Part shown: positions 1-7,907 of the stretch, one piece after another
Layout: each line of letters opens with the position of its first letter
Numbering within the stretch: position 1 is the first letter of the stretch
Assembly (NCBI GenBank): GCA_963624975.1
Contig: CAVFRF010000063.1
Location: forward strand, 2,882 to 66,881
DNA from: Bacteroidaceae bacterium
Lineage (GTDB): Bacteria; Actinomycetota; Coriobacteriia; Coriobacteriales; CADBOM01
Reading direction: 5' to 3'
Length of the DNA stretch: 64,000 bases
Translations under genes and position numbers: made by a program
Notes under the pieces: model-generated
The model's input: only the letters and a program-made list of their open reading frames with translations
Told to the model about the DNA's origin: nothing
Database searches by the model: none

Positions 1-48
1 ATGATTTGAAACTTTGCTCAGCCTGCTACCGTGGAACTTACTAGGGAG

Positions 49-873
49 CTACTCGCTCAGCTCTAGCAGCACCGGACAGTGGTCGGAGCCCATCACATCT
101 GTGAGGATGTCGGCGCGCTCTACCTTGGGAGCAAGCTCCCGGCTCACCAGGAAGTAGTCGATACGCCATCCTGCGTTGTTCTTGCGGGCGTTGAAGCGGT
201 AGCTCCACCACGAGTACATGTCGACGGCATCGGGATGCAGGAGTCGGAACGTGTCTGCGAAGCCGGCTCCTAGCAGCTCGTCGAACTTGCCGCGTTCCTC
301 GTCGGAGAAACCCGCGTTGCCGCGGTTGGGGCCGGGGTTCTTGAGGTCGATTTCCTGATGCGCCACGTTGAAGTCGCCGCACATGATCACCGGCTTGGGG
401 GTCGCGGCACCGGGACCCGCCGCAGCGTCGGCCCCCGCATCGGAGCCGGCACCCGCCGGCAGCGTGCCCTCTTCGAGTCCCTTGCAAAAATCGCGGAAGG
501 CATCGTCCCACGCCATGCGGTGGTCGATGCGGGCCAGCTCGTTCTGCGCGTTGGGCGTGTACACGCACACCAGCCAATAGTCGGGGAACTCCAGCGCGCA
601 GATGCGTCCCTCGTCGTCTAGCTCCGGCACGCCCAGCCCATGCAGGACCTGCAGCGGATCCTCCTTGGAAAACACCGCCGTGCCCGAATAGCCCTTGCGC
701 TCCGCATAGCTCCAGTAGTCGTGATATTGGGGCAGGTCCAGCTCGATCTGGCCTTCCTGCAGCTTGGTTTCCTGAAGGCAGAGCACGTCCGCGTCTATCT
801 CGTGCACGATGTCTTCGAAGCCCTTCTTCTGCACGGCGCGCAGGCCGTTGACGTTCCACGAAACAAAGCGCAT
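49..873 (-). CDS. xthA: Exodeoxyribonuclease III (AP endonuclease, EEP fold)
   Basis: Translation MRFVSWNVNGLRA...LCLQETK...GDFNVAH...SDHCPV carries the canonical ExoIII/EEP motifs. ATG at 873 follows RBS GAGAAGGGG. The track ORF start at 894 is probably an upstream extension. Confidence 0.9.
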   Translation of the reverse strand: MRFVSWNVNGLRAVQKKGFEDIVHEIDADVLCLQETKLQEGQIELDLPQYHDYWSYAERKGYSGTAVFSKEDPLQVLHGLGVPELDDEGRICALEFPDYWLVCVYTPNAQNELARIDHRMAWDDAFRDFCKGLEEGTLPAGAGSDAGADAAAGPGAATPKPVIMCGDFNVAHQEIDLKNPGPNRGNAGFSDEERGKFDELLGAGFADTFRLLHPDAVDMYSWWSYRFNARKNNAGWRIDYFLVSRELAPKVERADILTDVMGSDHCPVLLELSE

Positions 874-903
874 CAAAGCACCCCTTCTCACCAAAACGCT
901 CGA

Positions 904-1443
904 CTAGAAGAAATCCTCGTCGGACCCATTCTCGATGCGTTCCAATTCTGCCCAGTAGTCGTATCCGTCTTCTTCGTAGTCCACGCCATCGGTCCACGGC
1001 GTTGGATCGTACTCGCAGTCGACGTCGATACTATCTTCGTACTGTCTGCGGGTTTCGAGCGGGTCGGTTTCGTCGTCGGGTATGTAGGTGAAGAGGTCGC
1101 CCACGCCGTCTTCTTCCGGTGAGCCGCTGATGGCGATGTCGTCGCGGTGGACGTTGCTGGTGGAAGGACCGCCATAAATCCTGTCGTACACGGAGGGGTC
1201 GATGCCGAGGCCCAGTCCGGGGTCTCGGCCCTCGACGGTCTCGCCGAGCAGATCCGCGCAAGCTTGGAACTCGGTTTCGTCGATCGGAAGGCCGCGCTCT
1301 CGCATGCCCTTCATGTCCTCGAAGCGTGCGCGGGCCTCCTCCTTGGGGATGTCTTCCATCACGTGGTAGGTCAGAAGCTCATCGAAAGCGCCTACGCGCC
1401 CGTCTTGGTTCCAGTCGAACCCGAATCCGTCGAAATCGCTCAT
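904..1443 (-). CDS. Hypothetical acidic (D/E-rich) protein with an N-terminal EF-hand-like loop
   Basis: 179-aa ORF with no better competing frame. N-terminus DWNQDGRVGAFD fits the DxNxDGxVxxxD calcium-loop pattern. No family recognised otherwise. Confidence 0.5.
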   Translation of the reverse strand: MSDFDGFGFDWNQDGRVGAFDELLTYHVMEDIPKEEARARFEDMKGMRERGLPIDETEFQACADLLGETVEGRDPGLGLGIDPSVYDRIYGGPSTSNVHRDDIAISGSPEEDGVGDLFTYIPDDETDPLETRRQYEDSIDVDCEYDPTPWTDGVDYEEDGYDYWAELERIENGSDEDFF

Positions 1444-1526
1444 CTTGTGCTCCCATCACAATCGTGTTCCAACGAACCCTGCCTATGCAAAAGATAGTGC
1501 CATCGGGGGCGGACATTAATAGAACG

Positions 1527-1865
1527 CTAATTCAGTGATTCAAGAATGTCCTGCAGTCCGATTTTGTCGCTCCGGCTGAGTTCTCCGATCTTCCCTGCAG
1601 TTCCAACGTTGGCTAAAGGTATCAAGGCAATCTTGTCTAGCCTTACAAGAGAAGGCTTCGTAAGGCCTTCTTTCTGCCAGTCCGCCAAGACATAATCGTG
1701 GGGAAAAGAAAGGCGCGTTTCGACTCCAGTAACCATGGGTGCGGTAAGAGCGATATCTCCAGCAACGTCCAAAACGATTACAGGCCTGTACTTGTATCCT
1801 TTGCGTTCGACAAAGTCAAAACGCATATGCCATATCTCCCAAGGATTTGGTCTAACTTCAGTCAA
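1527..1865 (-). CDS. Type II toxin, PemK/MazF family (predicted endoribonuclease)
   Basis: 112 aa. YRPVIVLD...LTAPMVTG...KPSLVRLDKIALIPL matches the MazF/PemK SH3-like barrel pattern. Overlaps the upstream antitoxin gene by 8 nt. Local GC is visibly lower than the flanks. Confidence 0.8.
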   Translation of the reverse strand: MTEVRPNPWEIWHMRFDFVERKGYKYRPVIVLDVAGDIALTAPMVTGVETRLSFPHDYVLADWQKEGLTKPSLVRLDKIALIPLANVGTAGKIGELSRSDKIGLQDILESLN

Positions 1866-2112
1866 GGTATTCCTCCCAGTCGTTGGGCAAAATCACCGTT
1901 CCATGCTCGTCGACTTCTGCTTTATAGGCCGTTTCCCAAAGTTTCTTGTAATGAACTCCGTAATCAAAATCAAGCGGAATGGTGTGAGTCTGTGCCATCT
2001 GCTTCCAGAAAGCCCGGGTAACCGAAGACAAATCCAGCCCGTAATATTCAGCGACTTTTGCAGCGGAGTCTCGTAAGTCTTTGTCGCATCTAATGCTTGC
2101 AGAAACAGTCAT
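1858..2112 (-). CDS. Type II antitoxin, RelB/DinJ family (RHH)
   Basis: 84 aa. N-terminus SASIRCDKDLRDSAAKVAEYYGLDLSSVTRAFWKQMAQTHTIPLDF is colinear with the DinJ N-terminal ribbon-helix-helix. Lies directly upstream of, and overlapping, the toxin gene. Confidence 0.8.
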   Translation of the reverse strand: MTVSASIRCDKDLRDSAAKVAEYYGLDLSSVTRAFWKQMAQTHTIPLDFDYGVHYKKLWETAYKAEVDEHGTVILPNDWEEYLD

Positions 2113-2137
2113 GATTATTTATCCAATCTATGTCGTA

Positions 2138-2167
2138 TGTGCTACATAACAGCTTAAATGTAGCACA
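2138..2167 (-). promoter_or_regulatory. Perfect 10-bp inverted repeat (TGTGCTACAT-N10-ATGTAGCACA), candidate TA operator
   Basis: Read directly. Located 26-55 nt upstream of the antitoxin ATG at 2112 in an AT-rich spacer. Could alternatively be a terminator hairpin for the J-domain gene ending at 2218. Confidence 0.4.
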
Positions 2168-2217
2168 CACGACGTTTAACTAGTGCAATATTTCGGAAAT
2201 ATCTGCAGTGCTGGAGG

Positions 2218-3234
2218 TTATCTCAGCAGCTCCTTCAAGCGTGCTGCGAACTCGCGCTCGGATGCTCGGCAGGCTTCTATCTTCTTCTGGTAGTTGCGTG
2301 CCTCGCGGTCAATGGCCACTGGGTCGTCCAGCATGCTCTTGTAGCAGTATGGGCGCGAGCGCTTGATCTCGGCGATCTGGTCCATGAGCACCGCCACATG
2401 GGCCTCGCAGATCTCCAGCTCGACCTGCATCTCCTCGATGCTCATGGCGCCCGTGTCGTCTTCGCCGTAGCTCTCGAAGTTGCGCGTGGCCACCTCGAGC
2501 GATTCGAGCACCGCGAAGTCGCCGCCCTCGTAGGCCTGGTTGGCTATGAGGAACAGCTCGGCGGCCTCCCGATTGCCGGGATGCAGGTCGGGGTGGAGGC
2601 GCTTGGCCAGCTTGCGGTAGAGCGACTTGACCGACTCGAACTTCTTGTTGGAAAGCGGCTTGAGGTTGCTCTTGAAGCCGATGGCCTCCTTGTAGCGCGC
2701 CATGGTGGCCACGAGCTTGTCGTGCCACTCGCGCAGCTCTTCGTCGAGCTGCTTCTCGCATGCCACGGTATCGACCTCTTCGCCGCGGTTGACGTACACG
2801 CGCGCCAGCTCGAGCTTGCGCTTGGCCCTGCGCACCGCGATCTGCGCGCGCAGCAGCTCGGCTTGCCAGCATCCGATTTTGACCTCGTATTCGGCCGCGA
2901 TGATCGGAATCTGCCTGAGCCTGATGTCGTCGATTTCGACCAGAAGGTCCACCGCGATGCTACGCGACAGCGCGATGTCGGCGCGAAGCGACTCCGCCTC
3001 GCTCATGTTGAACAGCCCCTCTTCTTCGAGGGAGCGGTGCGTCGAGCCGCCTGCATGTTCGCGGGTTGCCGCCTCGATGCGTCCGCGACCCACGCCGCCC
3101 GCGCGTCCAACGTCGCCGCACCTCGCGCTGCCTTCCAGTCTGCGGCCCTCCGCGTATCCCGCACGCTCGCGCGCGTGCTCGCCGCCGCGTCCATCGTTCC
3201 TGCTGGTCTCGTTTGCTCTTCCTGCTTCCATCAT
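2218..3234 (-). CDS. J-domain (DnaJ-like) protein with coiled-coil flanks
   Basis: Contains SLYRKLAKRLHPDLHPGN...ANQAYE, a J-domain helix II/III with the HPD motif. No Zn-finger or DnaJ C-terminal domain. Start is uncertain: ATG 3234 (RBS GGAG), ATG 3006 (RBS AGAGGGG), or the track's TTG at 3255. The segment upstream of 3006 is G/R-rich low complexity. Confidence 0.7.
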   Translation of the reverse strand: MMEAGRANETSRNDGRGGEHARERAGYAEGRRLEGSARCGDVGRAGGVGRGRIEAATREHAGGSTHRSLEEEGLFNMSEAESLRADIALSRSIAVDLLVEIDDIRLRQIPIIAAEYEVKIGCWQAELLRAQIAVRRAKRKLELARVYVNRGEEVDTVACEKQLDEELREWHDKLVATMARYKEAIGFKSNLKPLSNKKFESVKSLYRKLAKRLHPDLHPGNREAAELFLIANQAYEGGDFAVLESLEVATRNFESYGEDDTGAMSIEEMQVELEICEAHVAVLMDQIAEIKRSRPYCYKSMLDDPVAIDREARNYQKKIEACRASEREFAARLKELLR

Positions 3235-3379
3235 GATAGTGCTCCGCTCTTGCAAACCGGCGCTTTGGCGGGCCGGGCTACTGCTTGTTGCTTGGGAGCA
3301 TTGTGGAGGAGGGGGCGGACATTAATTCGATGGGCATCAGCCACGCCGCGCCGCGCCGTGGCGCAATCGCTGCAGGTGC

Positions 3380-3733
3380 TTATCGACCGCCCTCGCGCTC
3401 ATCCCCTTCCGCGTCTTTGAGCGCCACGGTCTGCGTGAGCCTCATGAGCTTCTTCTTGAGCTGGGCGACCTTGAGCTCGAGCGTGAACATGCGCGCGATG
3501 ACCACCAGCACGCCGCAGAAGAACACGAAGCTCGTGGCCGATGCGAAGCCGATGGTGGAGCTGGCCCAGAACACCAGCTCGGGGAAGGCCGCGATTACGA
3601 TCAGCAGCACCGAGAGCAGGGTCCAGAAGATGGAGTCCACGATCTCGAGCGCAGATTTGCGCAGCTTGCGAAACACGAATGCAAGCAGCAGGACGGCGCA
3701 GGCGACGAGCACGAGTCGGAGTTGCAAGGTCAT
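3380..3733 (-). CDS. Small multi-pass membrane protein, DUF2304-like
   Basis: 117 aa with about 4 hydrophobic helices followed by a charged coiled tail (LKVAQLKKKLMRL). Lies immediately downstream of a GT2 gene, the usual DUF2304 context. Confidence 0.65.
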   Translation of the reverse strand: MTLQLRLVLVACAVLLLAFVFRKLRKSALEIVDSIFWTLLSVLLIVIAAFPELVFWASSTIGFASATSFVFFCGVLVVIARMFTLELKVAQLKKKLMRLTQTVALKDAEGDEREGGR

Positions 3734-3739
3734 TTCGGA

Positions 3740-4420
3740 TCACCTGAACCATTGGACGAAAAGGATGGACATGCACGCGCGCGCCATATAGGTGATGGAA
3801 CTCCACACGTTGAGGTACGACTCTCCTGCCTGGCGCTCGCGCATGGTTACCTGCACCTCGGAGACCTTGGCGCCCTTGCGAATGAGCAGCGCCACCGAGT
3901 CGGGCTCGGGGCCGAAGTCGAAGCGATGGGCGAACTCGGCAACCATCTTGCGGTTGAACAGGCGCATGCCGCTCGTGGGGTCCTTGACCGTTTGCCCGCA
4001 GGTGAGGCGGATGAGCGCGGTGAGCAGGCGTGAACCGATATAGCGTGCCGAAAGGGGCTTGTCTGCGTTGGCGAAGCGCGACCCGATCACGATGTCGGCC
4101 CCTTCGGATTGCATGCGCTCTACCATGGGCGCAATGTGGTCGGGCATGTGCTGGCCGTCGGCATCGAACTGGATCACAGCGTCGTAGCCATGCTCGAGCG
4201 CGTAGCGGCATCCTGTCTGAAAGCCGCCGGTAAGCCCGAGATTCACGGGGTGTGTCACGTGGTTGAAGCCGCGGCGCCGCAGGATCTTCTCGGTGCCGTC
4301 GCTCGAGCCGTCGTTGACCACGAGGTAGTCGCATTCGGGCACCGTTCGCACGAACTCGTCGAGCGTGGCCTCGATGCAGCCCTCTTCGTTGTAGGCGGGA
4401 ATTATCGCAAGTACGCGCAT
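3740..4420 (-). CDS. Glycosyltransferase family 2 (polyprenol-phosphate sugar transferase-like)
   Basis: MRVLAIIPAYNEEGCI...VVNDGSSDGT...QFDADGQH carries the GT-A DxD-type motifs. ATG 4420 is preferred over the TTG at 4468. Confidence 0.85.
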   Translation of the reverse strand: MRVLAIIPAYNEEGCIEATLDEFVRTVPECDYLVVNDGSSDGTEKILRRRGFNHVTHPVNLGLTGGFQTGCRYALEHGYDAVIQFDADGQHMPDHIAPMVERMQSEGADIVIGSRFANADKPLSARYIGSRLLTALIRLTCGQTVKDPTSGMRLFNRKMVAEFAHRFDFGPEPDSVALLIRKGAKVSEVQVTMRERQAGESYLNVWSSITYMARACMSILFVQWFR

Positions 4421-4586
4421 ATGCCAGCTTTCGTTTTTTGCGTGTTGTCCTGCTAAATCGTAGCCCAAAAAGCAGTGACGCGTCTATACGCACTTGCCGT
4501 TGTGCCTTGGAATATGGGTGGCCGAAAGGTTAGACTAGATGCAATGCGGGCGCTGTGTCATACCGAGAAGGGAGTGCTTTGCGACG

Positions 4587-5831
4587 ATGAGCACCGAAGA
4601 CGGCGCCCTTTCGATAAAGCAGAATATGCTCTGGAACAGCGTTGGCTCCCTTACCAACCTGGGATGCCAATGGGTCATTACCGTGCTGGCGGTTCGCCTT
4701 GCGAGCGACTACGAGGTCGCGGGCGTGTACTCGCTGGCGATGTCGGTGTTCAACATGTTCGCCCAGGTCGCGCAATACCGGATGTACACCGTTCAGATCT
4801 CGGATGTGCGCAAGGACAACTCGGTGGGCGAGTACTTCACATTCAGGCTCATCACGGTGGGCGCGTCCCTGGTCGTGCTGACCCTCTACGCGTTGGCGAC
4901 CTGCCGTATCGGCGCGCTTCTTGCGATCGTTCTGTATGCGATCTACAAGTCGGCCGGACTCGTGATAGACGTGATGCATGCCAGCGATCAGGTCGGCCAC
5001 AGGATGGACTATATCGGCAAGTCCCTGGTTATGCAGGGGGTCTGCTCGCTGGTCTCCTTCGTGGTCGTGTTCGGGGCGTTCGGCAGCCTCGAGGGCGCAT
5101 TGGTGCTCATGGCGGTTTCGACCGCTGCCATCGGCGTGTTCTACGACTACCCAAGGTCTTCGAGGATTGACCCCATCAAGCTCGGCATCAGCTTCGAGAA
5201 AACCAAGAGCCTGCTTCTTGGATGCCTTCCGATCGTATTGGCCGGAGCAGCAGCTGCGGCTGCGCCCAGCATTCCAAGGCAGTATCTTTCGTGGGAGATG
5301 GGCGACTCTGCTCTGGGCATATACGCCTCGGTCGCGGCGCCCGTCGCCATCATCCAGATGGGGGCGACCTACATCTACAACCCCCTGCTTAGCTATCTCG
5401 TGGAGAGGTATCTGGACAAGAACCGCCAGTCGTTCTACAGCCTGATCAGAAAAGTTGTTCTGGGGATACTTGCGGTTGGCATCGCATGCTCAGTCGCGCT
5501 CCTGTTCGTTGGCAAGATGCTGCTGGTGCTGCTTTATGGCGAGAGCATCGCCGAGTACGTGTACTTGCTGCAGCCGATGATCCTCTGCGCGTTTCTAACC
5601 GGGCTCGCCTGGTTTATCAACGACCTTCTCGTGGCCCTCAAGAACTACAAGGGGGTCTTTATAGGCAGCGCGTCTTCGCTTGTGAGCGCAATGGCGGTGA
5701 TGGTCTCCTGCGTTGCGGTGTTCGGGCTCAACGGCGTAACCGTTGCCAACATCATCTCGAACGTCGTGTGCCTGGCCTACCAGTCCGTGGTCTTGGCGAG
5801 GCAGGCGAGGAGATGGTTCGCGTCTGTTTGA
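4587..5831 (+). CDS. Oligosaccharide/polysaccharide flippase (MOP superfamily, Wzx-like)
   Basis: About 414 aa with 12-14 predicted TM helices. N-terminus KQNMLWNSVGSLTNLGCQWVITVLAVRL is typical of polysaccharide biosynthesis (Wzx) proteins. Sits in a glycosyltransferase cluster. Confidence 0.8.
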   Translation: MSTEDGALSIKQNMLWNSVGSLTNLGCQWVITVLAVRLASDYEVAGVYSLAMSVFNMFAQVAQYRMYTVQISDVRKDNSVGEYFTFRLITVGASLVVLTLYALATCRIGALLAIVLYAIYKSAGLVIDVMHASDQVGHRMDYIGKSLVMQGVCSLVSFVVVFGAFGSLEGALVLMAVSTAAIGVFYDYPRSSRIDPIKLGISFEKTKSLLLGCLPIVLAGAAAAAAPSIPRQYLSWEMGDSALGIYASVAAPVAIIQMGATYIYNPLLSYLVERYLDKNRQSFYSLIRKVVLGILAVGIACSVALLFVGKMLLVLLYGESIAEYVYLLQPMILCAFLTGLAWFINDLLVALKNYKGVFIGSASSLVSAMAVMVSCVAVFGLNGVTVANIISNVVCLAYQSVVLARQARRWFASV

Positions 5832-5844
5832 CCTTTGGCTAGGG

Positions 5845-6729
5845 TCAGGATCTTTTCCGGTACACGGTGTGGCAGAGTATCTGCGCCGGAAGCCATGCGA
5901 CAGCGGCTATCACGGGGTTCGGCGCGGTGCGAATGGCTTTGGGATGCCTGGCAAAATGGCATCCGACCAGATACAGGATGGATTCGTAGAACTTCAGCGG
6001 CAGATTATCTGCGTATTCGATGTACATGCGCTTGAGCTTCATGTAGCCGATGGGGTTTTCGCGCGTGACCTTGCGCACGTTTGCCGTGTAGCCGTTGTCG
6101 AGATACTCGCGGATTATGAGCACTCGATGCATCACGCCTAGGTCGTAGTGCTGGTCTATCTGGTGAAACACGTACGTTTCGCCGATAAAACGCTCGTTGG
6201 GAGCAACATCGAAGGGGAACTGGCGAAGGATTTCCGTGCGATGTATTTGCGCGGTGTCGCCCATGTGGTGGTGCTTGTAGTACAGGTCCCACATCGTCGT
6301 GCGCTCAAGCTTGGCGGGGATAGAGGTTCGCAACGGTTCGTCGGCGGTTTTCCCGCACATGCCAATCATGCCGGCGCAATGCTCGTCATCGGCGAATTTT
6401 TCCCAGGCATCGTAGATGGCCTGCACAGTGCCCTCGGGCAGCAGGTCATCGTCGTCGACGCACATGAGAAGGTCGTCGGTGCAGTGCGCAACAGCAGTGT
6501 TGAAGGCACGCTGCTTGCCCCCGTTTGCCTGCTTGATGTATGTGACGGGGAAGTTCGCTCGCGCTTTCAGCGATTCGACAACGTCTTCGGTGTTGTCCGG
6601 CGATCCGTCGTCGACGATGAGCCAGCGGAAGTTGCCGCCTTGCACGAGCAGGCTTTCAAACAGCTTCTCAAGATGGGCAGCCCTGTTGTAGGTCGGCGTG
6701 AAGATGCACAGGGTACACGTTTGGGGCAA
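5845..6729 (-). CDS. Glycosyltransferase family 2
   Basis: CIFTPTYNRAAHLEKLFESLLVQ...LIVDDGSPDNT...CVDDDD are GT-A motifs. TTG start at 6729 is preceded by RBS AAAGGAA. Confidence 0.85.
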   Translation of the reverse strand: MPQTCTLCIFTPTYNRAAHLEKLFESLLVQGGNFRWLIVDDGSPDNTEDVVESLKARANFPVTYIKQANGGKQRAFNTAVAHCTDDLLMCVDDDDLLPEGTVQAIYDAWEKFADDEHCAGMIGMCGKTADEPLRTSIPAKLERTTMWDLYYKHHHMGDTAQIHRTEILRQFPFDVAPNERFIGETYVFHQIDQHYDLGVMHRVLIIREYLDNGYTANVRKVTRENPIGYMKLKRMYIEYADNLPLKFYESILYLVGCHFARHPKAIRTAPNPVIAAVAWLPAQILCHTVYRKRS

Positions 6730-6852
6730 TTTCGTTCCTTTCGCTCGAGTCGCCGTGCTTGGATGACTCTTTCGCTGATAACGGTATCATATACATTTGT
6801 TCGAATGGGTGGGTTGCACGCAAACCGCAAGGATGTGCTTCGAAGGGAAACC

Positions 6853-7698
6853 ATGCAATACGATAACGAAACGCTGCGGCGACTGCAGCTTGCGGAGCTG
6901 GACATTCTGGTCGCCATCGACGATGTATGCCGTGCGAACGGCATCGAGTATTTCCTGGATTCCGGCACGGCGCTGGGTGCCAGACGCCATGGGGGATTCA
7001 TTCCGTGGGACGACGATATCGACATCGGCATGCCCCGCGATAGCTACGACCGGTTCTTGCAGGTTGCTCCTGCTGCGCTAGGCGATGCATATACCGTGGC
7101 CAACCCCGCGACAGACGACCGCATGGCGGGGCTCTTCGCCAAGGTGTGGAAGAACGGCACGAAGTTCTTTACCGCCGAGACCATCGAGGCGGGCGTCGAC
7201 CAGGGAATCTTCGTGGACGTGTTTCCGTATGACCGTGTGGCATCTGATGCAACGGCACGCAAAAAGCAGCTGAACACATGCCTGAAACAGCAGAGCTTGT
7301 CGTATCTGTATCATTCTGGGAAGATCACCGTGCCGCATAGAGGCGCCTTGGGCGCAATAGAGTCGGCTGGCTGCAAGCTGGCCCACACCATCGTGAGGGC
7401 GACTATGAAACCCAACGCGATTAGAGAGAAGTTCAATGCGGCGGCAACTTCCGCCCGTGATGACGATGCCGCATGCGATATGGCATGCATGAACTACGTT
7501 CTTCTGACCGTATGCCCAAAGGATGTGCTTTTCCCGGTATGCGATATATCTTTCGAGGGGCACGTGTTTTCGGGTCCTGCGGACATAGAAAGATATCTGG
7601 GCGTTCTGTATGGAGAAACCTGGAGCGAACTGCCGCCCGAGGATCAGCGTCGCAACCACGCTCCCGAAGTGCTGGATTTCGGGGATGGGAACGACTAG
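6853..7698 (+). CDS. licD: LicD-family phosphotransferase
   Basis: LQLAELDILVAIDDVCRANGIEYFLDSGTALGARRHGGFIPWDDDIDIGMPR is the LicD nucleotidyltransferase-fold signature. ATG 6853 is in frame within the longer track ORF 6148-7698, whose upstream part is antisense to the GT2 gene. Confidence 0.85.
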   Translation: MQYDNETLRRLQLAELDILVAIDDVCRANGIEYFLDSGTALGARRHGGFIPWDDDIDIGMPRDSYDRFLQVAPAALGDAYTVANPATDDRMAGLFAKVWKNGTKFFTAETIEAGVDQGIFVDVFPYDRVASDATARKKQLNTCLKQQSLSYLYHSGKITVPHRGALGAIESAGCKLAHTIVRATMKPNAIREKFNAAATSARDDDAACDMACMNYVLLTVCPKDVLFPVCDISFEGHVFSGPADIERYLGVLYGETWSELPPEDQRRNHAPEVLDFGDGND

Positions 7699-7907
7699 GA
7701 GCGGTCTGACAGATGGCCCGATGACTTGCCGGTATGGTCGCGAACGTCATATTTAGCGAAAATGCAGACGGAATCTCCGCATAGTTGCAGCATCGGCCGC
7801 TGCATGCGGGTAAAATGGTGCGGTTACTGTTTTTCGGGGTTTGAGGTATCTGGCTGCATGCGGCGTGAGTGGGGCTGCCGCGCGGCTTTGGCGTAAGGAC
7901 ATCTTCT

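Noticed and set aside
6148-6852. N-terminal extensions suggested by the ORF track. Examples: LicD from 6148, FabH from 17953, FabK from 18942, FabG from 20992, LepA from 45760, Dus from 46689, HemW from 48284, Era from 55371, the dGTPase-like gene to 35835.
   Set aside because: The extended parts overlap the preceding genes in other frames, are R/G/A/P-rich with no homology, and bypass internal start codons that have RBSs and align with the family N-termini.
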